Below are positions 9,004 to 18,050 of a DNA stretch of 64,000 nt, one piece after another. Source of the DNA: an uncultured Thermoleophilia bacterium (GTDB lineage Bacteria; Actinomycetota; Thermoleophilia; UBA2241); the NCBI GenBank assembly GCA_963739595.1, contig CAVUBA010000037.1, forward strand, positions 19,627 to 83,626, in the 5' to 3' direction. Position 1 is the first letter of the stretch. Each line of letters opens with the position of its first letter. A program made the position numbers and the translations under genes. The notes under the pieces were generated by a model that ran no database searches, was not told the DNA's origin, and saw only the letters and a program-made list of their open reading frames with translations.

Positions 9004-10017
9004 GTGCGCGCCCTGAGCACACGCGGCGGCCAGCTCGCCGTCGTCACCGCCGCCATCCTGGTGCTCATCATCGGCCTCGCCGCCGGCGGCGCCTTCAACG
9101 GCTGCTCCGGCAAGACCGCGAAGGTGGGGCGGCCGTCCGCCGCCGTGTCCTCCTCACCGCACGGCGGCGTCGCCTACGCCACGGCCAAGGTCCTGGCGCG
9201 CAGCGTCGGCAAGCGCCCGGCCGACAGCTGGGGCGAGATCCACGCGCGCGAGTTCATCACCGGCGCGTTCCAGCAGTACGGCTACTTCCCGCGCACCGAC
9301 GAGTTCCTCGCGACGGCCGGGGGCAGGCGCATCCACTCGGCGAACGTCGTCGCGGTCAAGGAAGGCGACTCCGCCAAGCAGCTCGTCGTCGGCGCCCACT
9401 ACGACTCGGTGGCCGTCGGAGAGGGCTACGTCGACAACGCGACCGGCGTCGGCCTGCTGCTCGAGGTCGCGGCGCGCATCAAGAACGTGCCGACGCCGTA
9501 CACCGTCGTCTTCGTCGCGTTCGGCGCCGAGGAGAACGGCTCTCTCGGCGCCAAGTACTTCCTGAACGGCATGAATGACGTCGAGCGGCGCGCCACCATC
9601 GGCATGATCGACCTGGACGCGCCGGCCGGCGGCGACCAGCTCTCCGTCGCCAGCCGCTTCGGCGGCCCCACGTGGCTGCGCGACGACTCGCTCAGCGCCG
9701 CCGACTCGCTCGGCATCTCGCTGGTGACGAGCCCGGAGGCGCCGGGCCGGCCGGCCGGCACGGTCGCGGCGCCGGCCGACGATGTCCCCTTCGCCGACGC
9801 CGACATCGCCACGGCGATCTTCAGCGCCGTGTCGTGGCAGGCGAGCAAGGGGCGGCACGTGGCCGAGACCGCCTCAGGGCCGCCCATCTGGCATACTCCC
9901 CGCGACACCGTCGCGTACGTCGACAAGAAGTATCCGGGAAGGGTCCGGGACCAGCTGCGCGACATGTCCCGCCTCCTCGAGACCCTGCTCACCAGCAAAC
10001 TGGGAAGACGCCCATGA
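9004..10017 (+). CDS. M28-family aminopeptidase, membrane/lipid anchored
   Basis: N-terminal hydrophobic segment ending ...GGAFNGC, then VVGAHYDSV, DNATGVGLLLE and FVAFGAEENGSLGAKYF. Confidence 0.75.
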   Translation: MRALSTRGGQLAVVTAAILVLIIGLAAGGAFNGCSGKTAKVGRPSAAVSSSPHGGVAYATAKVLARSVGKRPADSWGEIHAREFITGAFQQYGYFPRTDEFLATAGGRRIHSANVVAVKEGDSAKQLVVGAHYDSVAVGEGYVDNATGVGLLLEVAARIKNVPTPYTVVFVAFGAEENGSLGAKYFLNGMNDVERRATIGMIDLDAPAGGDQLSVASRFGGPTWLRDDSLSAADSLGISLVTSPEAPGRPAGTVAAPADDVPFADADIATAIFSAVSWQASKGRHVAETASGPPIWHTPRDTVAYVDKKYPGRVRDQLRDMSRLLETLLTSKLGRRP

Positions 10018-11114
10018 AGCTCGGCATCGTCGGTCTGCCCAACGTCGGCAAGACCACCCTGTTCAACGCGCTCACCCATGCGCAGGCCGCCGCGACCGCG
10101 TACGCGTTCACCTCGGCGGAATCCAACCTCGGCGTCGTGGCCGTGCCGGACCCGCGTCTCGACCGCCTCGACGAGGTGCTCGAGACGCCGAAGAAGGTCA
10201 ACGCGACCATCGACGTCGTCGACATCGCCGGGCTCGCCGAAGGCGCCAGCCGCGGCGAGGGGCTCGGCAACCGGTTCCTCGCCGACATCCGCGGCGTCGA
10301 CGCGGTGGCGCACGTGGTCCGCGTCTTCTCCAACCCCGAGGTCGCGCACGTGCGCCCCAGGCTGGACCCGAGCGCCGACGTCGACCTGGTGGAGTCGGAG
10401 CTCGTGCTCAGCGACGTCGAACTGGTGGAGCGCCGCCTCGACAAGACCCGCAAGACGGCGCGCAGCGGCGACAAGGCGGCCAAGCACGAGCTCGAGGTCC
10501 TCGAGGCGCTGAACGCCGCGCTGCTCGACGGCAAGCTGGCGAAGCGCATCGAGCGTTCCGCCGACGACGCGCCGCTCTTCCGCGAGCTCGCGCTCGTGAG
10601 CGACCGGCCCGTGCTGTTCGTGCTGAACACCGACGACGACCAGAGCGCGGCCGGCGCGCTCGAGCAGTACGCGGACTTCGTGGAGTGGGCGCGCGACCGG
10701 GGCGACCAGGTGGTCGCCGTCGCCGCGCGCCTCGAGGCCGAGCTCGCCGACCTCGAGCCGGAGGAGGCGGCCGAGTTCCGCGCCGAGCTCGGCGCCGACG
10801 AGGCCGGCACGCTCGACGTCGTCCTGCGCGCCGCCTACGAGGTGCTCGGCTACATCACCTTCTTCACCGGCGACTTCCGCAGCAGCGAGTCGCGCGCCTG
10901 GCAGCTGCCCCGCGGCTGGACCGCCAAGCAGGCCGCGGGCCGCATCCACAGCGACATCGAGCACGGGTTCGTGCGCGCCCAGGTGGTCAACATCGACGAC
11001 CTCATCGCGCTCAAGTCGTTCCACGCCGCGCGCGAGAAGGCGCTGCTGCGCACCGAGGGCAAGGAGTACGTCGTCCAGGACGGCGACGTCATCAACTTCA
11101 TGCACACGGGCTGA
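10014..11114 (+). CDS. ychF: Ribosome-binding ATPase YchF
   Basis: MKLGIVGLPNVGKTTLFNALT..., DIAGLAEGASRGEGLGNRFL, and C-terminal ...RTEGKEYVVQDGDVINF. Intact. Confidence 0.9.
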   Translation: MKLGIVGLPNVGKTTLFNALTHAQAAATAYAFTSAESNLGVVAVPDPRLDRLDEVLETPKKVNATIDVVDIAGLAEGASRGEGLGNRFLADIRGVDAVAHVVRVFSNPEVAHVRPRLDPSADVDLVESELVLSDVELVERRLDKTRKTARSGDKAAKHELEVLEALNAALLDGKLAKRIERSADDAPLFRELALVSDRPVLFVLNTDDDQSAAGALEQYADFVEWARDRGDQVVAVAARLEAELADLEPEEAAEFRAELGADEAGTLDVVLRAAYEVLGYITFFTGDFRSSESRAWQLPRGWTAKQAAGRIHSDIEHGFVRAQVVNIDDLIALKSFHAAREKALLRTEGKEYVVQDGDVINFMHTG

Positions 11115-11158
11115 GCCCGGCACGGTAGCGGCCTCGCGGCCGGGAGCCTCCCCGGCCT

Positions 11159-11607
11159 TCAGTCGTACAGCAGGATCATGCACCGCGCCGGCGGTCGCCT
11201 GCACCGGGTACGACTCGGCGACCGGCCCGCTGAACCAGACGCCGACCTGCTGGCCTGTGGCGAGGTCCGCGGCGTCCGCGCGAGTCCCCTGGGCCGTCCA
11301 CACGACGGTGTCCTTCGTCACCCGCACCGACGCGCGGTCGACCGAGCTGGTCGATCCAGGGTCGGCGACCACGAGGAGCACCGGGCAGTGAGTCGCCGCC
11401 CGTGCTGACGGAGAGGTCGTTGACGATCCCCGTGATGTCGGCCGGCGTGGACGGCGGAGAAGCGGACGGTCGCACGGAGGACGGCTGAGCGGAGGGCGAC
11501 GGCGAAGCCGGCTGAGCTGCCGTCGCGCCCCCGCAGCCGGTGACGACGGCTGCCCCCAGCACCGCGAGTACGGCCAGGGCCGCGAGCGCTCTGCTCGTGT
11601 GTCTCAT
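11159..11607 (-). CDS. Putative lipoprotein; frame-disrupted; family assignment tentative (DUF3221-like C-terminus)
   Basis: MRHTSRALAALAVLAVLGAAVVTGC is a signal peptide plus lipobox, with GAGGAGG upstream. It continues in the next frame as ...LLVVADPGSTSSVDRASVRVTKDTVVWTAQGTRADAADLATGQQVGVWFSGPVAESYPVQATAGAV. Frame changes at about 11390 and about 11180. The 3' end is uncertain. Confidence 0.45.
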
Positions 11608-11717
11608 GAGCGCACCTCCTCGGCGCCGAGAGGCGGCGCCGTCGTCTGCTCGCGGAGACGCGCGGACGGCGTCCGGCGTTCGCGGCGAACGATACAATCA
11701 CGGCGTCCCTTCTGCTC

Positions 11718-12690
11718 ATGGATCCCTCGCCCCGACATCCCTCTCCCCCGGCGGGCTACGTGCTCCGCAGGCCGTCCCTCGTCGACGCGGAGGCGGTCGC
11801 GGCGCTCAAGCGGTCGATCGACGTCGCCCGCTACGGTGAGTCGGAGACGACCGCCGACCAGGTCCGCGACGAGTGGTCCCTCCCGGGCCTGTCACTCCAG
11901 GACGACGTCTGGATCGTCGACGGCGCCGGCGGGTCGGTGGTCGCCTACGGGCTCTGCTGGACCGAGGCGCCGGGCGAGGTGGCGGCCGAGCAGCTCGTCG
12001 ACCCCGCGCACCGCGGGCGCGGGCTGAACGAGCTGCTGCTCGGCCTGTGCGAGGAACGGGCGGCCGAGCTGGTCCGCGCCGCCGGAGCCGCGGAAGAGCG
12101 CCACGCTCGGCGTCTGGGCGCACGAGAGCGACGCGCGCCGGCTCGCCTTGCTCGAACGGCGCGGCTACCGGCGCGAGCGCGCGTTCCTGCGACTCGAGCG
12201 CGACCTCGACGACAGCCTGGAGACCCCCGTGTGGCCCGCAGGGATCCGGGTCGCCGCATTCCGTCCCGGAGTCGACGACGCCGCGGTCCACGCCGCCCAC
12301 GAGGAGGCGTTCGCCGACCACTACGGGCCGGCCGAGACGGACCTCGAGGAGTGGCTGCAGTCTCGCTTCGCCCACGAGGGGCCGGACCTCGGCCTGTGGC
12401 TCGTCGCCTGGGACGGCAGCGAGGTGGTGGGCGGCATCGAGGCGATGGAGACGCCGTCCGGCGCCTACATGGGAGAACTCTTCGTGCGCCGGCCGTGGCG
12501 CGGACGCGGCATCGGCAGGGCGCTGATGCTCGAGGAGTGCGCGGAGCTGAGACGGCGGGGCATGCGGAACGCCTTCTTCGGCGTCGACGCCGCCAACGAC
12601 ACCGGAGCGCTGCACCTGCACGAGTCCATCGGCTTCCGCTCGTCGCGCGGCGCGACGCTGCTCTACGAGAAGCGGATCGCCGCGGACTGA
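11718..12690 (+). CDS. Two-domain GNAT N-acetyltransferase (MshD-like architecture); one frame change
   Basis: N-terminal half ends ...QLVDPAHRGRGLNELLLGLCEERA. The C-terminal half (12148 frame) carries ...LFVRRPWRGRGIGRALMLEECAELRRRG. The change is at about 12100. Confidence 0.65.
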
Positions 12691-12765
12691 CGCAGGCGCG
12701 GAAGGGCGAGGACAGCCGCGATCGGGGCTCTCGCCGCGGTCAGCGGCGGGAGGTGTGCGCTCCCG

Positions 12766-13326
12766 TCAGCGGCGCGAGGTGCGCTCGGCCGCCGCGAGGC
12801 GGCGCAGGCGGAAGGCGACGATGCCCAGCGCCCCGCCGTAGGCGAGGACGAACCAGCCGATCGCCGCCGTGAGCCGCGCCACGTCGGCCTCCGAGAGCGC
12901 CACGAGCGCGACGCCGAGAACCAGCGAGAGGCCGCCGGCGACGAGCAGGGACGGCTCGCCGGCGGCCAGCCGCCGCAGGCGCACGCCGGCCTCCACCTCG
13001 AGCACGCCGGTCACGACCGCCCACGCGGCGAGGAGCACCAGCAGGCTGAAGGTGTCGTCGGTCCTCCACGCCAGGGCCACGGCCGCCACGGCGAAGCTGG
13101 CGCAGCTCTCGACGAGCACGAGCCACCACTGGTCGAGCGTGTGGCGGGCGACCACGGCCAGGGCCGCGAGCATGAGCCCGTCGACGAAGGCGAAGAGCCC
13201 GAGCGCCAGGGCGAGCGAGCGGTGGTCGAGACCCGGCAGGAACAACACCGCGAGACCGAAGAGCGCCGCGAAGGCGCCGCGTCCGGCCGTCATCCACCAC
13301 TTGTCGCAGAACCTGAGCATCGTCAC
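12766..13326 (-). CDS. HdeD/DUF308-family membrane protein
   Basis: Repeated hydrophobic DUF308-type segments (W...GAFAALFGLAVLFLP...LALGLFAFVDGLMLA...). Intact, 186 aa. Confidence 0.65.
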   Translation of the reverse strand: MTMLRFCDKWWMTAGRGAFAALFGLAVLFLPGLDHRSLALALGLFAFVDGLMLAALAVVARHTLDQWWLVLVESCASFAVAAVALAWRTDDTFSLLVLLAAWAVVTGVLEVEAGVRLRRLAAGEPSLLVAGGLSLVLGVALVALSEADVARLTAAIGWFVLAYGGALGIVAFRLRRLAAAERTSRR

Positions 13327-13466
13327 CTATGGTCCGCCCTGCGAGGTCGCGGCGCAAATCGTGAGCCGGGACGCCGGGCGCACGAGCACAGCGACGGCCG
13401 CCGTGGCACGGCACGGCCGGCGGGGCCGCGTTACAATCGGCCCGACCCCGCCTCGGCAAGGACGAC

Positions 13467-14999
13467 ATGATCGAGCGGATCGCGCAGGCATTCTCGCGTC
13501 ACGGGTACCTCCTCGCCCTCGGGGCGATCGCCCTGAGCACCGCGCTGTTCCTCCCGGGTCGCGGCGAGTTCGCCAAGGGCCAGTGGGCGCTGCTCTACCT
13601 GCTCGTCATCCTGCTGGTGGCGAGCGCCGCCGGCCCCGGGCCGGCCGTCCTCGCCGCCGTGCTCGCGTTCTTCGCCTGGAACTTCTTCTTCCTCCCGCCC
13701 TACCACACGCTCGAGATCCGCGACCCCAAGGACTGGCTGTCGCTGGTCGCGTTCCTCGTCGTCGGCGTGCTCGTCGGCGCGCTCGCCGGCCGCATGCGCG
13801 ACCGCGAGGCGCGAGCACGAAGGCGCGAGCAGGAGACCGCCGCGCTCAACCGGCTGAGCACGGCGGTCGTCTCGCAGACCTCGACCGGGCAGATGGCCGA
13901 GAGCTGCCTGAGCGAGATCGTCGAGGTCTTGGGAGCGACGTCGGCGGCGCTCTTTCTGGAAGAGGCAGGGGAGCTGGTCAACTACCGGGTCGCCCCTGCC
14001 GGGGCAGAGGTCGAGCCGTCGATGAGCGAGCATGCCACCGGCACCTACCTCGCCTGCTCGACCGAATCGGAGGTCGGCCTCGAGCCGGGCGACGGCGGCC
14101 TGTACGTGCCGGTGCGCAGCCCTTCCGGCGTGTCGGGCGTCCTGACCGTGCAGGCGCGGAGGGACGGCCGCCCCTACTCCTCCGGTGACGCGCGGCTGGT
14201 GACCTCGCTGAGCAACATGGTCGGCGCCTACCTGGAGCGCGAGCGGCTCCAGGGCGCCGCAACGGCTGCCGCAGCCGCGAGGGAGGCCGACCATCTCAAG
14301 TCGAGTCTTCTCTCGTCGGTGTCGCACGAGCTCAAGACTCCGCTCGCCGCTCTTACCGCGACGGTGAGCAACCTGCTCGAGAGCGATGTGGACTGGGACG
14401 AAGAGAGCGTGCGGGACGAACTCCGGGCCATCGTCGGCGACATCGCGCGCCTCAACAGCAGCATCGGCGCGCTGCTCGAGCTGTCGCGCCTCGAGGCCCA
14501 CGCGTGGGAGCCGCAGGCGGGAGCTCTACGGGCTCGGCGAGATCGTCGACCGCCGGCATCGACACCCTGCCGGCGCACCTGCGCGAACGCGTGCGCGTGG
14601 AGCTTCCCGACGAGGACCTCGTGGTCGACGTCGACATCGTGCAGTTCGCCCGGGTCATCCAGAACCTGCTGGAGAACGCGCTACTCTACACGGACGGTCC
14701 CGGTCACGGTGGGCGCCCGCGGCTGGAACGAGGGCGTGCGCCTGTGGGTGGAGGACCAAGGACAGGGCATCCCGGCCGACGAACACGAAGCGGTCTTCGA
14801 GAAGTTCTTCCGAGGCCGCCGGTCCGGCCAGCACGCGCCCTCCGGCACGGGGCTCGGCCTGGCGATCGCCCGGGAGATCGTGCGCAGCCACGGCGGGACG
14901 ATCGCCGTGGACGACGTGGCGCCGCACGGAGCGCGGTTCGTGATCACGATGACCACGGCCGGCGAGCCGGAGCGGCCTGAGAAGGAGGAGAGCGCATGA
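13467..14999 (+). CDS. kdpD: KdpD-type sensor histidine kinase lacking the N-terminal KdpD/Usp domains (TM + GAF + HisKA + HATPase); frame-disrupted
   Basis: TM bundle (...FFAWNFFFLPPYHTLEIRDPKDWLSLVAF...), H-box SHELKTPLAAL, N-box NLLENALLYT and G-box GTGLGLAIAREIV. The frames run 13467 -> 14386 -> 14504 -> back, with changes at about 14515, 14555 and 14700. The stop overlaps the kdpE start. Confidence 0.8.
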   Translation: MIERIAQAFSRHGYLLALGAIALSTALFLPGRGEFAKGQWALLYLLVILLVASAAGPGPAVLAAVLAFFAWNFFFLPPYHTLEIRDPKDWLSLVAFLVVGVLVGALAGRMRDREARARRREQETAALNRLSTAVVSQTSTGQMAESCLSEIVEVLGATSAALFLEEAGELVNYRVAPAGAEVEPSMSEHATGTYLACSTESEVGLEPGDGGLYVPVRSPSGVSGVLTVQARRDGRPYSSGDARLVTSLSNMVGAYLERERLQGAATAAAAAREADHLKSSLLSSVSHELKTPLAALTATVSNLLESDVDWDEESVRDELRAIVGDIARLNSSIGALLELSRLEAHAWEPQAGALRARRDRRPPASTPCRRTCANACAWSFPTRTSWSTSTSCSSPGSSRTCWRTRYSTRTVPVTVGARGWNEGVRLWVEDQGQGIPADEHEAVFEKFFRGRRSGQHAPSGTGLGLAIAREIVRSHGGTIAVDDVAPHGARFVITMTTAGEPERPEKEESA

Positions 15000-15711
15000 C
15001 GGTCCCTGAACGGCCGACGCACATCCTCGTCGTCGACGACGAGGAGCAGATCCGCCGCGCGCTCAGGTCCATCCTCTCCACGCGCGGCTACACGCTCGAC
15101 ATGGCCTCGACCGGCGGCGAGGCGCTGATCAAGGCCATCGACTCGCCGCCCGACCTCGTGGTGCTCGACCTCATGCTCCCCGACCGCACCGGCATCGAGG
15201 TCTGCCGCGAGCTGCGCACGTGGATGACGGCGCCGATCCTCATCCTGTCCGTGCGCTCCAACGAGGCGGACAAGATCACGGCGCTGGACGAGGGCGCCGA
15301 CGACTACCTCACCAAGCCGTTCTCCGCCGGCGAGCTGCTCGCCCGCATCCGCGCGCTTCTCCGGCGCGCGGCGGCGCTCACGTCGCCGCCGCCGGTCGTG
15401 CACATCCGGCGACCTCGAGATCGACATCGCCCGCCGCCGCGTGCGCCGGGCGGGCGATGGAGATCGCGCTGACACCCACGGAGTTCGACATCCTCGCCTT
15501 CCTCGCGCGCAACGCCGGTCTCGTGGTGACGCAGCGCATGATCCTCGAGCAGGTGTGGGGCCCGGAGTGGGTCGAGGACGCGCAGACGCTGCGCGTGCAC
15601 GTCAGCAACCTGCGCAAGAAGATCGAGCCCCGGCCCGGCGGCCCGCGCTTCATCATCACCGAGCCGGGCGTGGGCTTCCGCTTCGCCGCCGCCGAGCCGG
15701 ACGGCGACTGA
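14996..15711 (+). CDS. kdpE: OmpR-family response regulator KdpE; two frame changes
   Basis: Receiver domain ILVVDDEEQIRR...DLVVLDLMLPD...TKPF. Winged-helix domain ...EIALTPTEFDILAFLARNAGLVVTQRMILEQVWG...LRVHVSNLRKKIE in the 15220 frame. Changes at about 15405 and about 15455. Confidence 0.85.
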
Positions 15712-16110
15712 CCCTCGAGCCTGAGGCCGGAAGGCCACGCGACTCCTTTGCGAACTCTTTAGACCGGACCCGGTGCCTTTCACCCGTCCTTAAGACCCCT
15801 CCGGGTAGCCTCCTGAGCAGAAAGTGCAGGCATTCGCCTGCCGACCGGTACTCACTGGAGGCGCGTGATGGTGTTCCTGTTCGAAGAGATCGCGGTCGAA
15901 GCCGCCATGATCATCGCGACGCTCGTCGCCACCGCCTGCCTCCTCGTCGTCCTCGCTGGGCTTCGTGCTGCAACGTCGCGCCCAGCGCAACGGCGCGCGC
16001 GCCGCAGACCGCGGTCGCCCACGGTACGACTCGTCGCCGACCGCTGGCGCACGTCGACTGTCGACGTTCACGCCCTCTCACAACTGACCTCACCGACATC
16101 CAGGCATCCC

Positions 16111-16194
16111 ATGGGCGATATCGCTTACATCGTGCTCGTCCTCATCGGCTTCATCGCGGTGTACTCCTACGCGCGATTCGCCACGAGGCTCTAG
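16111..16194 (+). CDS. Possible small hydrophobic peptide upstream of kdpF (speculative)
   Basis: MGDIAYIVLVLIGFIAVYSYARFATRL, a single TM segment. No clear SD. A second hydrophobic ORF starts at GTG 15865 (MVFLFEEIAVEAAMIIATLVATACLLVVL...) behind TGGAGG. Confidence 0.2.
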   Translation: MGDIAYIVLVLIGFIAVYSYARFATRL

Positions 16195-16203
16195 AGGCTG
16201 CCG

Positions 16204-16293
16204 ATGGACGCACCCTCGATCATCCTCCTCGTAGTCGCGGCGGCGCTGCTCGTCTACCTGCTGTACGCGCTCCTGCGGCCGGAGAGGTTCTGA
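16204..16293 (+). CDS. kdpF: K+-transporting ATPase subunit F
   Basis: Own translation: MDAPSIILLVVAAALLVYLLYALLRPERF, 29 aa, a single TM with the typical YLxYALxxPExF ending. It lies 16 nt upstream of kdpA and is too short for the ORF track. Confidence 0.7.
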   Translation: MDAPSIILLVVAAALLVYLLYALLRPERF

Positions 16294-16309
16294 CCCTTCG
16301 GGGCTCGCC

Positions 16310-18037
16310 ATGACTTGGGGCATCCTGCAGATCATCGTCTTCCTCGTCGTGCTGGGGCTGATCGCCAAGCCGCTCGGGACGTACATGGCGCACGTCTACC
16401 GCGGCGAGCGCACCTTCCTGCACCCGGTGCTGCGACCGGTCGAGCGCTTCATCTACCGCGTGTGCGGCGTCGACGAGACGCGCGAGATGGGCGTCTCCGG
16501 CTACGTCGTGTCGCTCATCGTCTTCAACTTCATCGTCCTCCTCTTCATCTACGCGGTCCTGCGCCTGCAGGGCCACCTGCCGCTCAACCCGGCCCACGTG
16601 CCGGGGATGGACCCCTGGGTGGCCTTCAACACGGCCGTCAGCTTCGCGACCAACACGAACTGGCAGGTCTACGTTCCCGAGAGCTCGGTGAGCTACCTCA
16701 CCCAGATGCTCGCGCTGGCGCGCGAGAACTTCGTCTCGGCCGCGGTGGGCATGGCCGCGGCGGCGGCCTTCATCCGCGGCCTCACGCGCCGGTCCTCGAG
16801 AGAGCTGGGCAACTTCTGGGTCGACTTCACGCGCAGCTTCCTCTACATCCTGCTGCCGATCGCGATCGTCGGCGCGCTCTTCCTCGTCTCGCAGGGCGTC
16901 GTCCAGAACCTGAACGGTCCCACGCACGCGGTGACCGTCGAGGGCGTCGCGCAGACGATCGCCCAGGGGCCGTTCGCCTCGCAGGAGATCATCAAGGAGC
17001 TGGGCACCAACGGCGGCGGGTCGTACAACGCCAACTCGGCGCACCCGTTCGAGAACCCGACGCCGCTGACTGACTTCATCGAGATGCTCGCGCTCCTGGC
17101 CATCCCCGTGTCGTTCACCTACATGTTCGGGAAGTTCGCGAAGAACCAGCGCCAGGGCTGGGCGCTCTTCGCCGCGGCGATGGCGCTGGTGGTGATGAGC
17201 GTCAGCGTCATGTTCGTCAGCGAGCAGCTGGGCAACCCCAATCTCACCAAGGCCGGCGCGACGCAAGCCGCCACCTCGACGCAGGCCGGTGGCAACCAGG
17301 AGGGCAAGGAAGTGCGGAACGGCATCGGCGCCTCCGTCCTCTGGGCGACCACCACGACGGTCACGTCGACGGGCGCGGTGAACAACGCGCACGACAGCCT
17401 GACGCCGCTGGCCGGCGGCATGGCGATGCTCAACATCGCCCTCGGCGAGGTGGTCTTCGGCGGGGTCGGCGTGGGCATCATGGGCCTGCTCATCTTCGCC
17501 ATGCTCGCGGTGTTCATCGCCGGCCTGATGGTGGGCCGCACGCCGGAGTACCTGGGCAAGAAGATCGAAGGTCGCGAGATGAAGCTCGCGGTGCTCGCGA
17601 CCCTGTACTTCTGCGTCACCGCGCTGGGACTGGCGGCGATCGCCGCGGTGGTCCCGGCGGGCAAGGACGCCGTGCTCAACCACGGGCCGCACGGCCTCTC
17701 CGAGATCCTGTACGCCACCATCTCCCAGACCGGCAACAACGGCAGCGCCTTCGCCGGCATCACCGTGAGCGGCAAGTTCTGGTCGACCGCCGGCGGCCTG
17801 ATCATGCTGTGGGGCCGCTTCTTCTTCATCATCCCGTGTCTGGCGCTGGCCGCCTCACTCGGCGCCAAGAAGGTCGTGCCCGAGTCCAGCGGCACCTTCC
17901 CGACCACCGGCCCCATCTTCGTCGTGCTCGTCGTGGGCACCATCCTGATCGTCGGCGCGCTCACGTACTTCCCGGCGTTCGCGCTCGGGCCGATCGTCGA
18001 GCAGTTCCTGATGAACGCCGGCCACCTCTTCTCATGA
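16310..18037 (+). CDS. kdpA: K+-transporting ATPase subunit A
   Basis: Intact, 575 aa. MTWGILQIIVFLVVLGLIAKPLGTYMA..., NTNWQ, and GTNGGG selectivity-filter-like motifs. Confidence 0.95.
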   Translation: MTWGILQIIVFLVVLGLIAKPLGTYMAHVYRGERTFLHPVLRPVERFIYRVCGVDETREMGVSGYVVSLIVFNFIVLLFIYAVLRLQGHLPLNPAHVPGMDPWVAFNTAVSFATNTNWQVYVPESSVSYLTQMLALARENFVSAAVGMAAAAAFIRGLTRRSSRELGNFWVDFTRSFLYILLPIAIVGALFLVSQGVVQNLNGPTHAVTVEGVAQTIAQGPFASQEIIKELGTNGGGSYNANSAHPFENPTPLTDFIEMLALLAIPVSFTYMFGKFAKNQRQGWALFAAAMALVVMSVSVMFVSEQLGNPNLTKAGATQAATSTQAGGNQEGKEVRNGIGASVLWATTTTVTSTGAVNNAHDSLTPLAGGMAMLNIALGEVVFGGVGVGIMGLLIFAMLAVFIAGLMVGRTPEYLGKKIEGREMKLAVLATLYFCVTALGLAAIAAVVPAGKDAVLNHGPHGLSEILYATISQTGNNGSAFAGITVSGKFWSTAGGLIMLWGRFFFIIPCLALAASLGAKKVVPESSGTFPTTGPIFVVLVVGTILIVGALTYFPAFALGPIVEQFLMNAGHLFS

Positions 18038-18050
18038 GCAGCGTGACGCC

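Noticed and set aside
9426-11381. 651-aa minus-strand ORF, with similar very long ORFs at 39967..43824 (-), 52362..54536 (-), 16220..17692 (-), 19040..20653 (-), 26970..28889 (-) and 57773..59527 (-).
   Set aside because: These ORFs lie antisense to, or fuse across, well-supported genes (ychF, SBPs, kdpA, kdpB, mttB, the permease and kinase). Their translations are Arg/Ala/Gly/Pro-rich with no family resemblance. Stop-poor antisense frames are expected in DNA this GC-rich.
15712-15864. c-di-AMP (ydaO/kimA-type) riboswitch in the kdp leader.
   Set aside because: Motif-like pieces (ACCCGGAGGGGTC, GACGGGTGAAAGG) appear only on the minus strand, antisense to the kdp operon. The plus strand shows no convincing match. 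An Infernal scan would settle it.
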